A stretch of DNA of 63,263 nucleotides, the filler included, from Chiloscyllium plagiosum (Eukaryota), in assembly GCF_004010195.1 (NCBI RefSeq). It is 4 parts of one record of this genome, joined end to end, with 100 filler letters (N's around TTAATTAATTAA, not from the genome) between each part and the next. Parts side by side here need not be neighbours in the genome. Positions count along the whole stretch, not along the records: positions 9,264 to 39,382 come from NC_057716.1; 3 more parts are not named here. One strand, 5' to 3'. The translations under genes and the position numbers were made by a program. The notes below the pieces were generated by a model. That model was not told where the DNA came from, made no database searches, and saw only the letters and a list, made by a program, of their open reading frames with translations. Of the stretch, positions 11,328 to 23,150 are shown one piece after another. The first letter of the stretch is position 1. Each line of letters opens with the position of its first letter.

Positions 11328-12347
11328 CTAAAGAATCAGATGCAATGCATACTAATGTTGTTTTGTTAAAAATCATGTTTTGTGTCTTTTCATTTCTCAG
11401 TTCCATTTCCTGCCAAAGTGCAGTAAATTGTTCAATTACAATTCACTGTGAATTTTAGGTATTACATAAACATGCAATTCTACGGTCACTTTTATTCAAG
11501 TGAAAACACTTGCTAAAAATCTCTGAAATAGTGATTGTTCAGCATGTCTATTTTGTTCACTTAACGTGAAATCCACAAAAATATATTCTAAAAGCATCCT
11601 GTCCAATTTTAAAAATAAAAATTGAATTTAAAAAAGCTTAACACCTTTAAAGTCCCTCACTGCATGAGCAGCTTATCTCAAACCAAGTTCAAGTTTGCTG
11701 AATGAATTGCTGAGCATAATATTACCTTAAAACAGATACAAATGTGTTCTAATTTAATAAAGATCAAAAGGCAGTTTTAAGGCACCTCAAAGTACCAGGA
11801 GCATAGCCAAAATCACATTTAATTTTTGCACGCTGCAGGCAGATGTTTTCAGATCCCACCACTGAACAAGTCGATGGGAAATGCACTCTTGCTCCTGGTG
11901 GCTAACTTTAATTGGTTGGAGGTGGATCTCTGAACTCCATTGGTGAGGAAGTCCTGCCTCAGAGAGCCCTCTCGCTCGAACAATTGGCTTCTGCTGGGAA
12001 AATACTGACTCCAGTAGAGTAGGTACCAGGAGCCCAGGAAGTAGACAAGTGTGGGAATCTCTTTGCAGGGGCACTAGAGGAGATCATGGGTGGCAGGGTG
12101 TTGGGATACCTTGAAAAAGCAAAGGCAGGAATGGACACATGGTGGGAGGGTAAGGTAGTCCTTTGTGGATCTCCCTTTCTGGAAAAAGGGACCATCAATG
12201 AGGTGCAACCCACTTGCTTTGCAACCTGGCCTCAAGCAGGCTAATGTGTTTATATCCCATGCTGTTGCTGTCCTGCTCCCACTAGTTTAGAGGTTGTATT
12301 CGGGCAGAAGGTAACTTTTTTGGTAACTTAGGCGCCTTATTGGGCTG

Positions 12348-12685
12348 GGAGATGGTGATGGCCTAGTGGTATTACTACTGAACTGTTAATCCAGAGACCC
12401 AGGGAATGTCTGGGAGACCAGGATTCAAATCTGTCATGGCAGAGGGTGGAATTTCAATCCAATAAAGGTCTGGAATTAATGAGTCTAATGATGACCGTAA
12501 AACCATTGTTAGGACAAACCCTTCTGGTTCACAAATATCCTTTAGGAAAGGAAATTGCCATCCTTACCTGGTCTGGCCTACATGTGACTCCAGACCCACA
12601 GCAATATGGTTGACTTGTAACTGCCCTCTAGAAAATTAGGGATGGGCAATAAATGCTGGCCTACATCCTATGAATGGAGAAAAAA
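12348..12685 (+). mobile_element. tRNA-derived SINE with a LINE-derived 3' tail
   Basis: A-box-like TGGCCTAGTGG and B-box-like GGATTCAAATC. Body motif CCATCCTTACCTGGTCTGGCCTACATGTGACTCCAGAC is repeated at ~41360 and ~46555. Tail AGGGATGGGCAATAAATGCTGGC is shared with the LINE end near 52650-52700. Confidence 0.8.
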
Positions 12686-13565
12686 AGGGTAGGCAGGTCC
12701 CTTTAATCCTCACCTGCCCCATCTGCCCTCAGTAATAAGGCTGCTAAGTTGGAGCTGGGCATCTAAGCTGTGGGAAGGACACTTGCAGAATTTTATGGTA
12801 TTTTTTCCTGTGATCAGATCAGTGGGAGATCATAGGGACTGGAATCATATTGGTCTGTATTTTGTGGTCATTAGCAAAGGGCTCATCATTGACCTTGCTC
12901 TAATTTGGCATCTGGTCTAGCACATGCCATCTCCAAGTTACCTATGGCATTTGTGTATAAGGCAGGAGACAAAAGACACTTCAACTAAAGTAAGTGAAGT
13001 ATTCTCCTTGAGAGAAAGACAGCAATTTTATAGGATTGACCTGTGGTTGCAGTGAGAAAGTCCAGCAACAGGTCGGCACACTGATACCATGTTGGCATGC
13101 ATTGTTGCAGCACTCTGTTTCCAGATTTGCTGAGCTATTGTGTCATGTGGACGTAATGCTGACCTACTCATCTCAATTAAAGGGAGAATATGAACATGCA
13201 GGTGTCACTTGTGAATGAGGTGATGTGTTTATTGTCTAAGGCCTTGGAGTGATTCAGTTACAGGTCAGTGAAGTTAGAACAAGCAAAGAGACAAATGTGC
13301 AGTATGTGAAGGCTTCCACAGGTACCTCAAACACCACTCCACTCAACCTCCCACATCTCCACTTCTCTGGAGGTTGTGTTACAATCTGTGGCCAGAACAG
13401 ATGTGCTGCTCTCTGCAGATGTGGGGAAGACATAGACCTTAAATTGAACAGGCATGGCAAGAATGACAGGTAGTCAGTAGCAGCCATGTGGTACTTTGTG
13501 CTGCTCTGGAGGTTCAATTACTGTACCTCATCAGAGCAGTGGTGACTGGCATCCTTGTCCATGTG

Positions 13566-15231
13566 TTCGAGGAGAAAGTGAGGGCTGCAGATGCTGCAGA
13601 TCAGAGCTGATAATGTGTTGCTGGAAAAGCGCAGCAAGGTCAGGCAGCATCCAAGGAGCAGGAGAATCGACGTTTCGGGCATGAGCCCTTCTTCAGGAAT
13701 GAGGAAAGTGTGTCCAGCAGGCTAAGATAAAAGGTAGGGAGGAGGGACTTGGGGGAGGGGCGTTGGAAATGCGATATGTGGAAGGAGGTTAAGGTGAGGG
13801 TGATAGGCCAGAGTGGGCGTGGGGGCGGAGAGGTCAGGAAGAAGATTGCAGGTTAGGAAGGTGGTGCTGAGTTCAAGGGTTGGGACTGAGACAAGGTGGG
13901 TGNNNNNNNNNNNNNNNNNNNNNNNNNNNNNNNNNNNNNNNNNNNNNNNNNNNNNNNNNNNNNNNNNNNNNNNNNNNNNNNNNNNNNNNNNNNNNNNNNN
14001 NNNNNNNNNNNNNNNNNNNNNNNNNNNNNNNNNNNNNNNNNNNNNNNNNNNNNNNNNNNNNNNNNNNNNNNNNNNNNNNNNNNNNNNNNNNNNNNNNNNN
14101 NNNNNNNNNNNNNNNNNNNNNNNNNNNNNNNNNNNNNNNNNNNNNNNNNNNNNNNNNNNNNNNNNNNNNNNNNNNNNNNNNNNNNNNNNNNNNNNNNNNN
14201 NNNNNNNNNNNNNNNNNNNNNNNNNNNNNNNNNNNNNNNNNNNNNNNNNNNNNNNNNNNNNNNNNNNNNNNNNNNNNNNNNNNNNNNNNNNNNNNNNNNN
14301 NNNNNNNNNNNNNNNNNNNNNNNNNNNNNNNNNNNNNNNNNNNNNNNNNNNNNNNNNNNNNNNNNNNNNNNNNNNNNNNNNNNNNNNNNNNNNNNNNNNN
14401 NNNNNNNNNNNNNNNNNNNNNNNNNNNNNNNNNNNNNNNNNNNNNNNNNNNNNNNNNNNNNNNNNNNNNNNNNNNNNNNNNNNNNNNNNNNNNNNNNNNN
14501 NNNNNNNNNNNNNNNNNNNNNNNNNNNNNNNNNNNNNNNNNNNNNNNNNNNNNNNNNNNNNNNNNNNNNNNNNNNNNNNNNNNNNNNNNNNNNNNNNNNN
14601 NNNNNNNNNNNNNNNNNNNNNNNNNNNNNNNNNNNNNNNNNNNNNNNNNNNNNNNNNNNNNNNNNNNNNNNNNNNNNACCTCCACACATATCATCTGTTG
14701 CATCCTCTGTACCCGATGTGGCCTCCTCTATATTGGGGAGACAGGCCGCCTACTTGAGAACACCTCTGGGACACCCGGACCAACCAACCCAACCACCCTG
14801 TGGCTCAACACTTCAACTCCCCCTCCCACTCCACCAAGGACATGCAGGTCCTTGGACTCCTCCATCGCCAGACCATAGCAACACGACGGCTGGAGGAAGA
14901 GCGCCTCATCTTCCGCCTAGGAACCCTCCAACCACAAGGGATGAACTCAGATTTCTCCAGTTTCTTCATTTCCTCTCCCCCCCCCTTGTCTCAGTTAAAT
15001 CCCTCTAACNNNNNNNNNNNNNNNNNNNNNNNNNNNNNNNNNNNNNNNNNNNNNNNNNNNNNNNNNNNNNNNNNNNNNNNNNNNNNNNNNNNNNNNNNNN
15101 NNNNNNNNNNNNNNNNNNNNNNNNNNNNNNNNNNNNNNNNNNNNNNNNAAGAAGAGGTCCTGCCCGAAACGTCGATTCTCCTGCTCCTTGGATGCTGCCT
15201 GACCTGCTGCGCTTTTCCAGCAACACATTAT
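13566..15231 (+). mobile_element. PLE (probably Neptune-like) with inverted terminal repeat, GIY-YIG remnant and 16-bp TSD; two internal gaps
   Basis: STHIICCILCTRCGLLYIGETGR and AQHFNSPSHS...RRLEEERLIFRLGTLQPQGMN (GIY-YIG endonuclease). The left end is the reverse complement of the right end. CATCCTTGTCCATGTG at 13550-13565 and 15232-15247. Confidence 0.92.
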
Positions 15232-15880
15232 CATCCTTGTCCATGTGCCAATCCCCACACTGAATTCTTTCCCCATCTCCCACGTATGCCTCCGCAGATG
15301 AACGCCTGATAGTTCCACTCATTCCTTTCTCTCAAGACACCATCCCATTTCCATCTGAACAGTTGTGCCATCTCATACCCATCTCTTGACATTTGCACAG
15401 ACATTGTCCTCCCATCCTCTCTGAGCATTCCATCTCTTGTACTCATTATTCTTTCTCTTCCTGTGAAAGTAGCCCTAGATGTTGTCAATTCTCACATAGG
15501 TGTTTGAAGGAACCCAATCTGATCCTCCTGTCATTGCTGTTAAATGAATATCTTCACATCACATTAAGTGGTGGAAAGAGGTGCTGACAAAAGTCAGCAT
15601 AAACTAGGCCTCTCACATATTTGTGCCACTCTTATCAGATATGTTGCAAATGGACGCAAAACAATGTTAATGTTGGAGGTGGGACTTCTCAACAGAACTA
15701 TTTTTCCTTTGTAGGGCATTCAGCTGCTCGAATTATTTTCATTCACAAAAGCACTTGAGCAAAAAGACCAATGAAGGGAGAGACAAAAAGATTCATCAAT
15801 GTCAATAAGGTAAATAGTGAAATGAAAATAAAGGGAGTGGTTTTGGATGTAGGCTTGCTCGCTGAGCTGAAAGGTTCTTT

Positions 15881-15921
15881 TCCAGACGTTTCGTTACCCT
15901 ACTAGGTAACATCTTCAGTGG
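15881..15921 (-). ncRNA. Minimal type I hammerhead ribozyme motif in the PLE pLTR
   Basis: Reverse complement reads CCA-CTGAAGA-T-GTTACC-TAGTAG-GGTAAC-GAAA-CG-TC-TGG: intact core, 6-bp stem II, palindromic ACGT in place of stem III, 3-bp stem I. Confidence 0.75.
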
Positions 15922-16222
15922 GCCTCATGCGAAGCAATGCTGAAAATTCCTGCTTACTATTTATATGTTTGAGTTTTTTTGGGTTGGTGATGTTATTTCC
16001 TGTGGTGAAGTCACTTCCTGTTCCTTTTCTCAGGAGGTAGTAGATAGGGTCTAACTCGATGTGTTTGTTGATAGAGTTCTGGTTGGAATGCCATGCTTCT
16101 AGGAATTTCCGTGTTTGTCTTTGTTTGGCTTGTCCTAGGATGGATGTGTTGTCCCAGTTGAAGTGGTGTCCTTCCTCATCCGTATGTGGGATACTAGTGA
16201 GAGAGGGTTATGTCTTTTTGTG

Positions 16223-16440
16223 CTGAAAATGTGTTGCTGGAAAAGCGCAGCAGGTCAAGCAGCATCCAAGGAGCAGGAGAATCGACGTTTTGGGCATGAG
16301 CCCTTCTTCAGGAATGAGGAAGGGTTCATGCCCGAAATGTCGATTCTCCTGCTCCTTGGATGCTGCCTGACCTGCTGCGCTTTTCCAGCAACACATTTTC
16401 AGCTCTGATCTCCAGCATCTGCAGTCCTCACTTTCTCTTC
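16223..16440 (+). mobile_element. 218-nt fold-back PLE derivative nested in the Poseidon-type element, 15-bp TSD
   Basis: Arms 16223-16310 and 16315-16402 are near-perfect inverted repeats around GGAA, followed by a 38-nt tail. TTATGTCTTTTTGTG at 16208-16222 and 16441-16455. The uninterrupted site is visible in the sister copy near 19121-19147. Confidence 0.92.
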
Positions 16441-18322
16441 TTATGTCTTTTTGTGGCAACTTGGTGTTCATGTATCCTGGTGGCTAGTTTTCTGCCTGTT
16501 TTTCCAATATAGTGTTTGTTAGTGTCCTTGCACAGTATTTTGTAAATTAGCGTTAGTTTTGCTCATTGTCTGTATAGGGTCTTTCAAGTGCATTAGCTGC
16601 TGTTTTAGTGTGTTGGTGGGTTTGTGGGCTACCATGATGCCAAGGGGTCTGAGTAGTCTGGTAGTCATTTCCGAGATGTATTTGATATAGGGGAGAGTGG
16701 CTAGGGTTTCTGGGTGTGTTTGTCTGCTTGTTTGGGTTTGTTGCTGAGAAATCAGTGGACTGTATTCATTGGGTATCCATTCTTTTTGAATACACGGTAA
16801 AGATGACTTTCCTCTGCTCAAGTCTCTGCATTACTGCCTATGCTAACAACCCTGATATCGGAGATCCCATGGTTGTTTGATTGGTTTGTCTGTAGGTGTT
16901 GTTGTTGAAGGTGAAGTGGGTGGTAAGGCATAAGTCCACTATCTTGATGATATTCTCCTTGTTGATGAAGTTAGTGGTGTTTGGTGTATGTGTCTTTGGG
17001 TCTTCTAATAGCGTAGTCAGTGTTTCCTTGGCCAGGTTAATGTTGATTGAAGTAAACAGGGCTGTTACATCAAAGGCGACCATTATTTCATCCTCTTTTA
17101 TTTTAGTGTCTTTGATGGTCTTCAGGGATTCTTGGGTGGAGTGGATGGAAAGGTGTGAGTCTTCTACTAAGTGTTTTAGTCTTTGTTGTGTCTCCTTGGC
17201 CAATCTGTAAGTTGGTGTTCAAGGTAGTGAGACTATGGGTCTGAGGGAGGCTCCTGGTTTGTGAATTTTGGGTAATCTGTAGAAGTGTGGTGTGTTGGAT
17301 CTGTCTGGTTTCATTTTTTGGAAGTCAGTCTTATTTATTTGTCCAAATTTCCAAAGTTTTTTTGAGTAGGGCTGTGATTCGGTTCTCTCGTTGTGGGGTC
17401 GGGTCTGTCGCCACATGTTGGTAAGTGTTGGTATCTGTAAGTAGTGCGTTTGCTTTTTCAATGTTGGCTCTTCGATTTAGAATGACTGTCAAGCGTCCTT
17501 TGTCTGCAGGTAGATAACAATGTTTTTATCTTTTTTTAAATCTTTCCAGTACTTTCCTTTCTTGCGTATTGAGTGTGTTTCCTTCCTATTATCTGCTTAA
17601 TGTTGGTATGACTATCTGTCTGATGGTTTGTTGGGTTTCTTCTGTGAGTTGGTTGTCTTTTAGTGTTGTTTCTAATGCTGCTATGAAATCTTTCTTGTCT
17701 GCATCCTAGCAGTTGTAATTTAATCCTTTTACTAAGATGGCTTTTTCAGTGTCTGTTAAGTGTCGGTCAGATAAGTTTTTTATCCATGCTTTTGTGTTGA
17801 CATTGTTGTTACTTTGTGTAAGTTTGTCTTAGTTTTTTTCTGCAGGTCTAGTTTTTTCATTTTCTGTGTTTGTCGCTGTCTAATACCTATGGCTTGTTGT
17901 ACTGTATCTGTCCATTCATGGTCTGTTGCATGACTGAGTCAAGATTTTTGATGCAAAATTTCCCGGTTGTATTTACGGAGTCTGTTGTGGGCATCATTAA
18001 TCATTTCTCTAAGCATTCTGCGGCCGTTTTGCTCTGCTATTCTTATGGCTGGTGGGGTGTTAAGGGTTTAGGTAGTGCCAGTTTCCTATGGCATTCGAGC
18101 AGGAAGTACAGCTGTTCACAGGTGGCACTCTGTCGGATGGCATTCATTTCCCATTTTCGGGCCAGTTTTAGCGTATTGCGCCCACAGGTCTTAGCGAGTT
18201 TTGAGAAGATTTGTAGCTCAGGTTGAGGTTTTGGATGTAGGTTTGCTCACTGAGCTAAAAGGTTCATTTCCAGATGTTTTGTTACCTTACTAGGTAACAT
18301 CTTCAATGGGCCTCATGTGAAG

Positions 18323-19557
18323 CAACAAAACCTACAGACAAACCAATGGAACACCCATGGGATCTCGATATCAGGGTTGTTAGCAGAGGCAGTAATGCAG
18401 AGACTTGAGCAAACAGCTCTGCCAACTATCCAACCCAAACTCTGGGTCCGCTACGTGGATGACACCTTTGTTATCACTAAACGAAACAAGTTAGAGGAAA
18501 CCTTGAAGACCATCAATAATACCCTTACTAGCATAAAATTCACTAAAGAGGAGGAAAACAACAACAAACTATCATTCCTAGATGTCACATTAGAGCGAGC
18601 AGCCAATGGGGAACTTCAAACTAGCGTCTATAGCAAAGTAACACATACAGACCAAATATTGAACTACAGAAGCAATCATCCCAACACCCACAAACGAAGC
18701 TGCATGGGAACATTATTTCAACGAGCCAACACACACTGCGGCAGAAAGGACCTACGCAGAGCAGAGGGAAATCACCTATACCTTGTATTCAAAAAGAATG
18801 GATAACCAATGAATACAGTCCACTGATTTCTCAGCAACAAACCCAAACAAGCAGACAAAACATGTCCAGAAACCCTAGCCACTCTTCCCTACGTCAAAGA
18901 CATCTCAGAAAAGACTGCCAGACTACTCAGACCTCTTGGCATCATGGTAGCCCACAAACCCACCAACACACTAAAACAGCAGCTAATGAACTTGAAAGAC
19001 CCTATACAGACAATGAGCAAAACTAACATCATTTACAAAATACTGTGCAAGATCACTAACAAACACTACGTTGGAAAAACAGGCAGAAAACTAGCCACCA
19101 GGATACATGAACACCAACTAGCCACAAAAAGACATGACCCTCTCTCACTAGTATCCTCACATACGGATGAGGAAGAACATCACTTCGACTGGGATGACAC
19201 ATCCATCCGAGGACAAGCCAAACAAAGACACGCATGAGAATTCCTAGAAGCATGGCATTCCAACCGAACCTCTATCACAACCACATCGAGTTAGACCCCA
19301 TCTACCACCCCCTGAGAAAAGGAACAGAAAGTGATTTCACCACAGGAAATAAAATCGCCACCGGAAATGACATCACCAACCCAAAGAAACCCAAACATAT
19401 AAATAGAAAGCAGGAATTTTCAGCATTGCTCCGCATGAGGCCCACTGAAGATGTTACCTAGTAGGGCAACGAAATGTCTGGAAAAGAACCTTTCAGCTCA
19501 GCAAGCAAACATACATCCAAAACCTCAACCTGAGTTACAAATCTTCTCAAAACTCTC
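18323..19557 (+). mobile_element. Inverted 5'-truncated second copy of the Poseidon-type PLE (RT core to 3' end)
   Basis: ISGLLAEAVMQRLE...WVRYVDDTF...LSFLDV...VYSKVTHTDQILNYRSNHP; NIIYKILCK...YVGKTGRKLATRIHEH (GIY-YIG). Hammerhead motif at 19445-19478. Confidence 0.93.
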
Positions 19558-19789
19558 AAAGGGTGTAATGGTAATGAAGGGCTGAGGGGAGCCAGTAATG
19601 GATGACGAAAAAGAATTCTGGAACTATATCACAGGAAGTGAAAGAACACAAGAATGAATGTAGGAGCATCGTCTGGGAGAGTTTTAGTATTCGACTACAG
19701 GCTCTCCAGAGCATCCATTCGTGACCCACTCACTGAAGTGAGTACTAGAATGGATGGATTCTTGTAAGTGGTAAACAGGAATAAGACAG

Positions 19790-20090
19790 TGGTACAAACA
19801 CTATCAACATTCTGGGGGGTTTACCTTTGACTAGAAAATGAATTAGCCACAACAGCACGTCAGAGGCTAGGAATCCAGGAGCGATTAACTCATCTCCTGA
19901 CTCTCTGAAGCTTTCTACCACCTACAAGTCAGAAGTGAGGTGGAATACTCCACACCTATCCGGATGAACACAGCTCTGATAAAATTCAAGAAGCTTAATG
20001 TCATCCAGGACAACGCAGCTCCCTTGAATGTCACCATATCAACTCGTTTCACCACTGACGAACAGAAACAGTACATGTAGTGGTTGCCAA
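19790..20090 (+). mobile_element. Decayed LINE RT C-terminal fragment (family of 51140-52715)
   Basis: ACTATCAACATTCTGGGGGTTTACC...GGAATACTC...AAGCTTAATGTCATCCAGGACAA parallels 51868-52080. Confidence 0.65.
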
Positions 20091-20763
20091 TTTAAGAATC
20101 TTATGGAATCAGTCATAGAACAGGCAGTCCCTGCCAGAAGCTTATTTCTCATTTTGTCTTTGTAAGGAACACTTCTTAGCGGCCAGAGAGTGCGGCAAAC
20201 AAAGATAATAGCCAAGGAGAATCGTGCTTTCAGGGGTCTCATGCTGAAGTCTCCATAATGCTTCCAGACATTCCTTAGTTGATAGAATAGTGCTTTGTAC
20301 CCTCTTATCAAGTCTAGTGTCTCATACGAATTAGCAGACGGCTCCCAGAGTGAGATAAATTGAAGGATAACCTTGAGGCAAAGTCATGAATGGGAAATGT
20401 TTACCTTGGGTACCTGATCTCCTGTCATTGGTCAAACGGTATTAACCATGCTTAACATGGAGTAAGCCACCATTTGCTCAAAACAAAGTATTTAAAAAGG
20501 TATATGTAAGGCTAGTTGGCATCCTTTTACACACAATACAAATCTGAAGAAAAGCTTCCTGAAAAATCAGTTTAGAATCACAAAGGATTGTCACCTTCTC
20601 ATGAGGAGACAAGCACTCAATCTGTCACTTGTCTGTTGGTTCTGTGGAACTGACTCCTACCTGTCATGAGTCTTTTTTTTTCTGACGACGTAAAACCAAA
20701 GTTGGTCGAATAGTCAGGGGCCCACCTGCAAATAATTAAGTGGAGCTTTGAGATAATCGAGGA

Positions 20764-20858
20764 AGCTGAAAATGTGTTGCTGGAAAAGCGCAGCAGGTCA
20801 GGCAGCATCCAAGGAACAGGAGAATCGACGTTTCAGGCATAAGTACTTCTTCAGGAAT
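20764..20858 (-). mobile_element. Solo PLE terminal fragment with degenerate hammerhead
   Basis: Near-identical to 16223-16314 and 8836-8929. No convincing TSD. Confidence 0.85.
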
Positions 20859-22519
20859 CCCTTACATAATCCGATTTGCCTACGATTGCATTCTGCATTT
20901 AAAAAATGAAAACGCATTGATGCAATATGTGAAAAATGTCTTTGTTTTCAATTTATGTGTAGCTTACAATGTCATGACCCTATACGTTAAAAGTTATTGA
21001 AATATTTTCGGAGTTAGCTCTGGAAAATCTCAGTTCTCTTCCTCCACTAAGCATGCTGTCTTCAATTGAGTCCGCCATGCCAACAACTCAGTAAAATGTG
21101 TTTGTGTACTGCAGTACGAAATCCCTGAGTATTTCTATTTGCAGGCACAATTGATTGGCACTGTTGTATGAGCATAAACATGTGTTTGGCTAATCTAGAA
21201 TTACCAGTCCACAACTCTGGTTTATTGTGGGCATCCTTCTATCGGATTCCCTATTATATCGGTAGGAATGGCTAACAACTCCGTCACAACCGAAATTTTG
21301 GGTTATCCAAATTTGATTCATTATAATTTCACTATATTTAGATTCTGCATCCTATTTAAAGTGTTGTTTCCTAATAAGCTACATTAAAATCATTAATGAG
21401 ATCAAATGCCATTTTACTTGTGACTCCCAAACTCAAATCTTATACTATTCTGTGTTATCAGCCTTTGTGATAACTTGTGATAGTTTTGCCTTTAATGTGT
21501 TGCATAGAATTGCATGGAGTATAAATCACACAAAAGGCCACTTGACACAACTGACCTATATTAGTGCTCCACACAAGCCTCCATCCAGCCAACTTCATTT
21601 ACCCCACCAATAAAACATAGTATTCCCTTTTCTCACACACAAATAAAAATATCATTTAAAAAAAATCGACCAATTTTTCAGATTGGAAAATGTATTGATT
21701 TGAAGTGCAGTATGTGCTGCAGTGAGTATGGATTGCTTCCGGGATTAACAACTACATCTTGCTCTTCTTAATCTGGCCACATGGTGAAGCCCTTGGATCA
21801 CATGAGCATGGAAGGTTGGGAAATGGGACCTTCATTGCACTTGTTCACCTTTGTGGTATGGCTGGATTTCTGTTTACTGTACTTCTGAGTCCACTGTTGG
21901 TGAACTTTCCAGACCATCAATCATTACAAGTCTGTAAGAATCCAACTCACTTTAGGAAGTGTCCAATGTGTTTACTTTATAATTTCCTAACTAGATTGGC
22001 AGAAGAGGAAAGGTGTTTTGATTGCCAAATAGTATAAACAGACACAAGACAATGAAAGAAAAAGCTACCTTGGGGAAACATCCACTTTTTAATGTAGAAA
22101 TCCGAGCCAGATAATTAGACTCAAGATAATTATAAGGCAGTGCTCCAGCCATAGCATTTATGCAGTAACGATAATGCAAGCCAGACAGACATATGCACTT
22201 TTCCAGACAGGAAGATCAAGTTTGCAGGTTGTGGTGAGTAAAATTGCTGTGAATTGTACAAACTACTTCAACTGAAATGGGGCAAAACAGAATTTATTAT
22301 TCGGCAGCCGTTCTCAAACTCAGTATAAACAAGAGAGACGTTTTCTAGCCCTCTCTGAACTCATTCATTGCTCTAAATTACTTTTCCATATACCTCACCG
22401 AACATTCCTCCACACTTCCATTTTTGTTTCCTTTTCCACTCTCCTGAAACTACTTTCTACTTTTATTCATCAGAAAAGTTGCATAGTTTCTCTTTCTATA
22501 TAAAATATTGTGCTGCAGG

Positions 22520-23150
22520 GATTCAGCTGGGTTGTGCTCTAGGTGCAAGCATCTTCGACTGCTTACTGACGACCTTCTCTTCATCATAAAATCAGAAGTG
22601 GGGGGATGGATGCTGAAGATGTACTGAAGCAGTTGTGCCCTGGATAACATTGAGGCCTGGCCTGATAAGTGGCAAATATCAGTTTAATCTCACCAATTCC
22701 ATGTGACATGCAATACTATTAGTATTGCAAAACAAAAATCATCAACATTACCAGCAGGGGTGTTACCATTAACCCTAAAAAGTTACTGGATCTGCTGTTC
22801 AAATACTGTAGCCACAGGACAGTACAGAGGCTGAATATCTTGTAATGTATAGCGACCTTTGACTTCACAATGTCTCCACATCTACAAGGGACGTTTCAGG
22901 AGTTTGATGGAATATTCTCCATTTGACTGGATGAGTGCAGCTACAATAGCATTCAGGATACTCAGTAACATCAAGGACAAAGTAAAGCATTTGATTGGCG
23001 CCCCATCCACCGCTTTAAATGCTATTTCTGCAGAAAATGTTGCTGAACATGGTAATCATCAGTGAACACCGCCATGCCTGACCATATGATAGAGGGAAGC
23101 AGCTGAAAATGGTTGGACCTTGGCCCTGAGGAACTCGTACAATGTCTGGG
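22520..23150. mobile_element. Decayed LINE RT fragments (plus, then a short inverted piece), family of 51140-52715
   Basis: Degenerate equivalents of the GSVLGP...DLPSIIRSEVGMFADD and IYK..VRS.MEYSP..WMSAA motifs. 23060-23135 is the reverse complement of the DLPS..RS region. Confidence 0.6.

Larger units (their letters stand above)
15839..18325 (-). mobile_element. Penelope/Poseidon-type PLE, near full length, with direct pLTRs, frameshifts and an internal deletion
   Basis: LPKIHKPGASLRPIVSLP; MVAFDVTALFTSI; THFTFNNNTYRQ...MGSPISGLLA; TLPYI; GIY-YIG region. The pLTR at 15839-15937 is repeated at ~18227-18325. Confidence 0.92.

Noticed and set aside
12945..13160. Possible second Myb/SANT Harbinger relic (also 44610-44810, minus strand)
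   Set aside because: Too degenerate to support beyond a vague W...QxxxRFxEL pattern.
13722..15322. Long ORFs of about 105-370 aa in the ORF track
   Set aside because: They are mostly X residues from N runs, and the real parts are PLE fragments.
20039..20369. About 110-codon open frame on the minus strand after an acceptor-like site
   Set aside because: No convincing donor, it runs into a LINE relic, and there is no recognisable motif.
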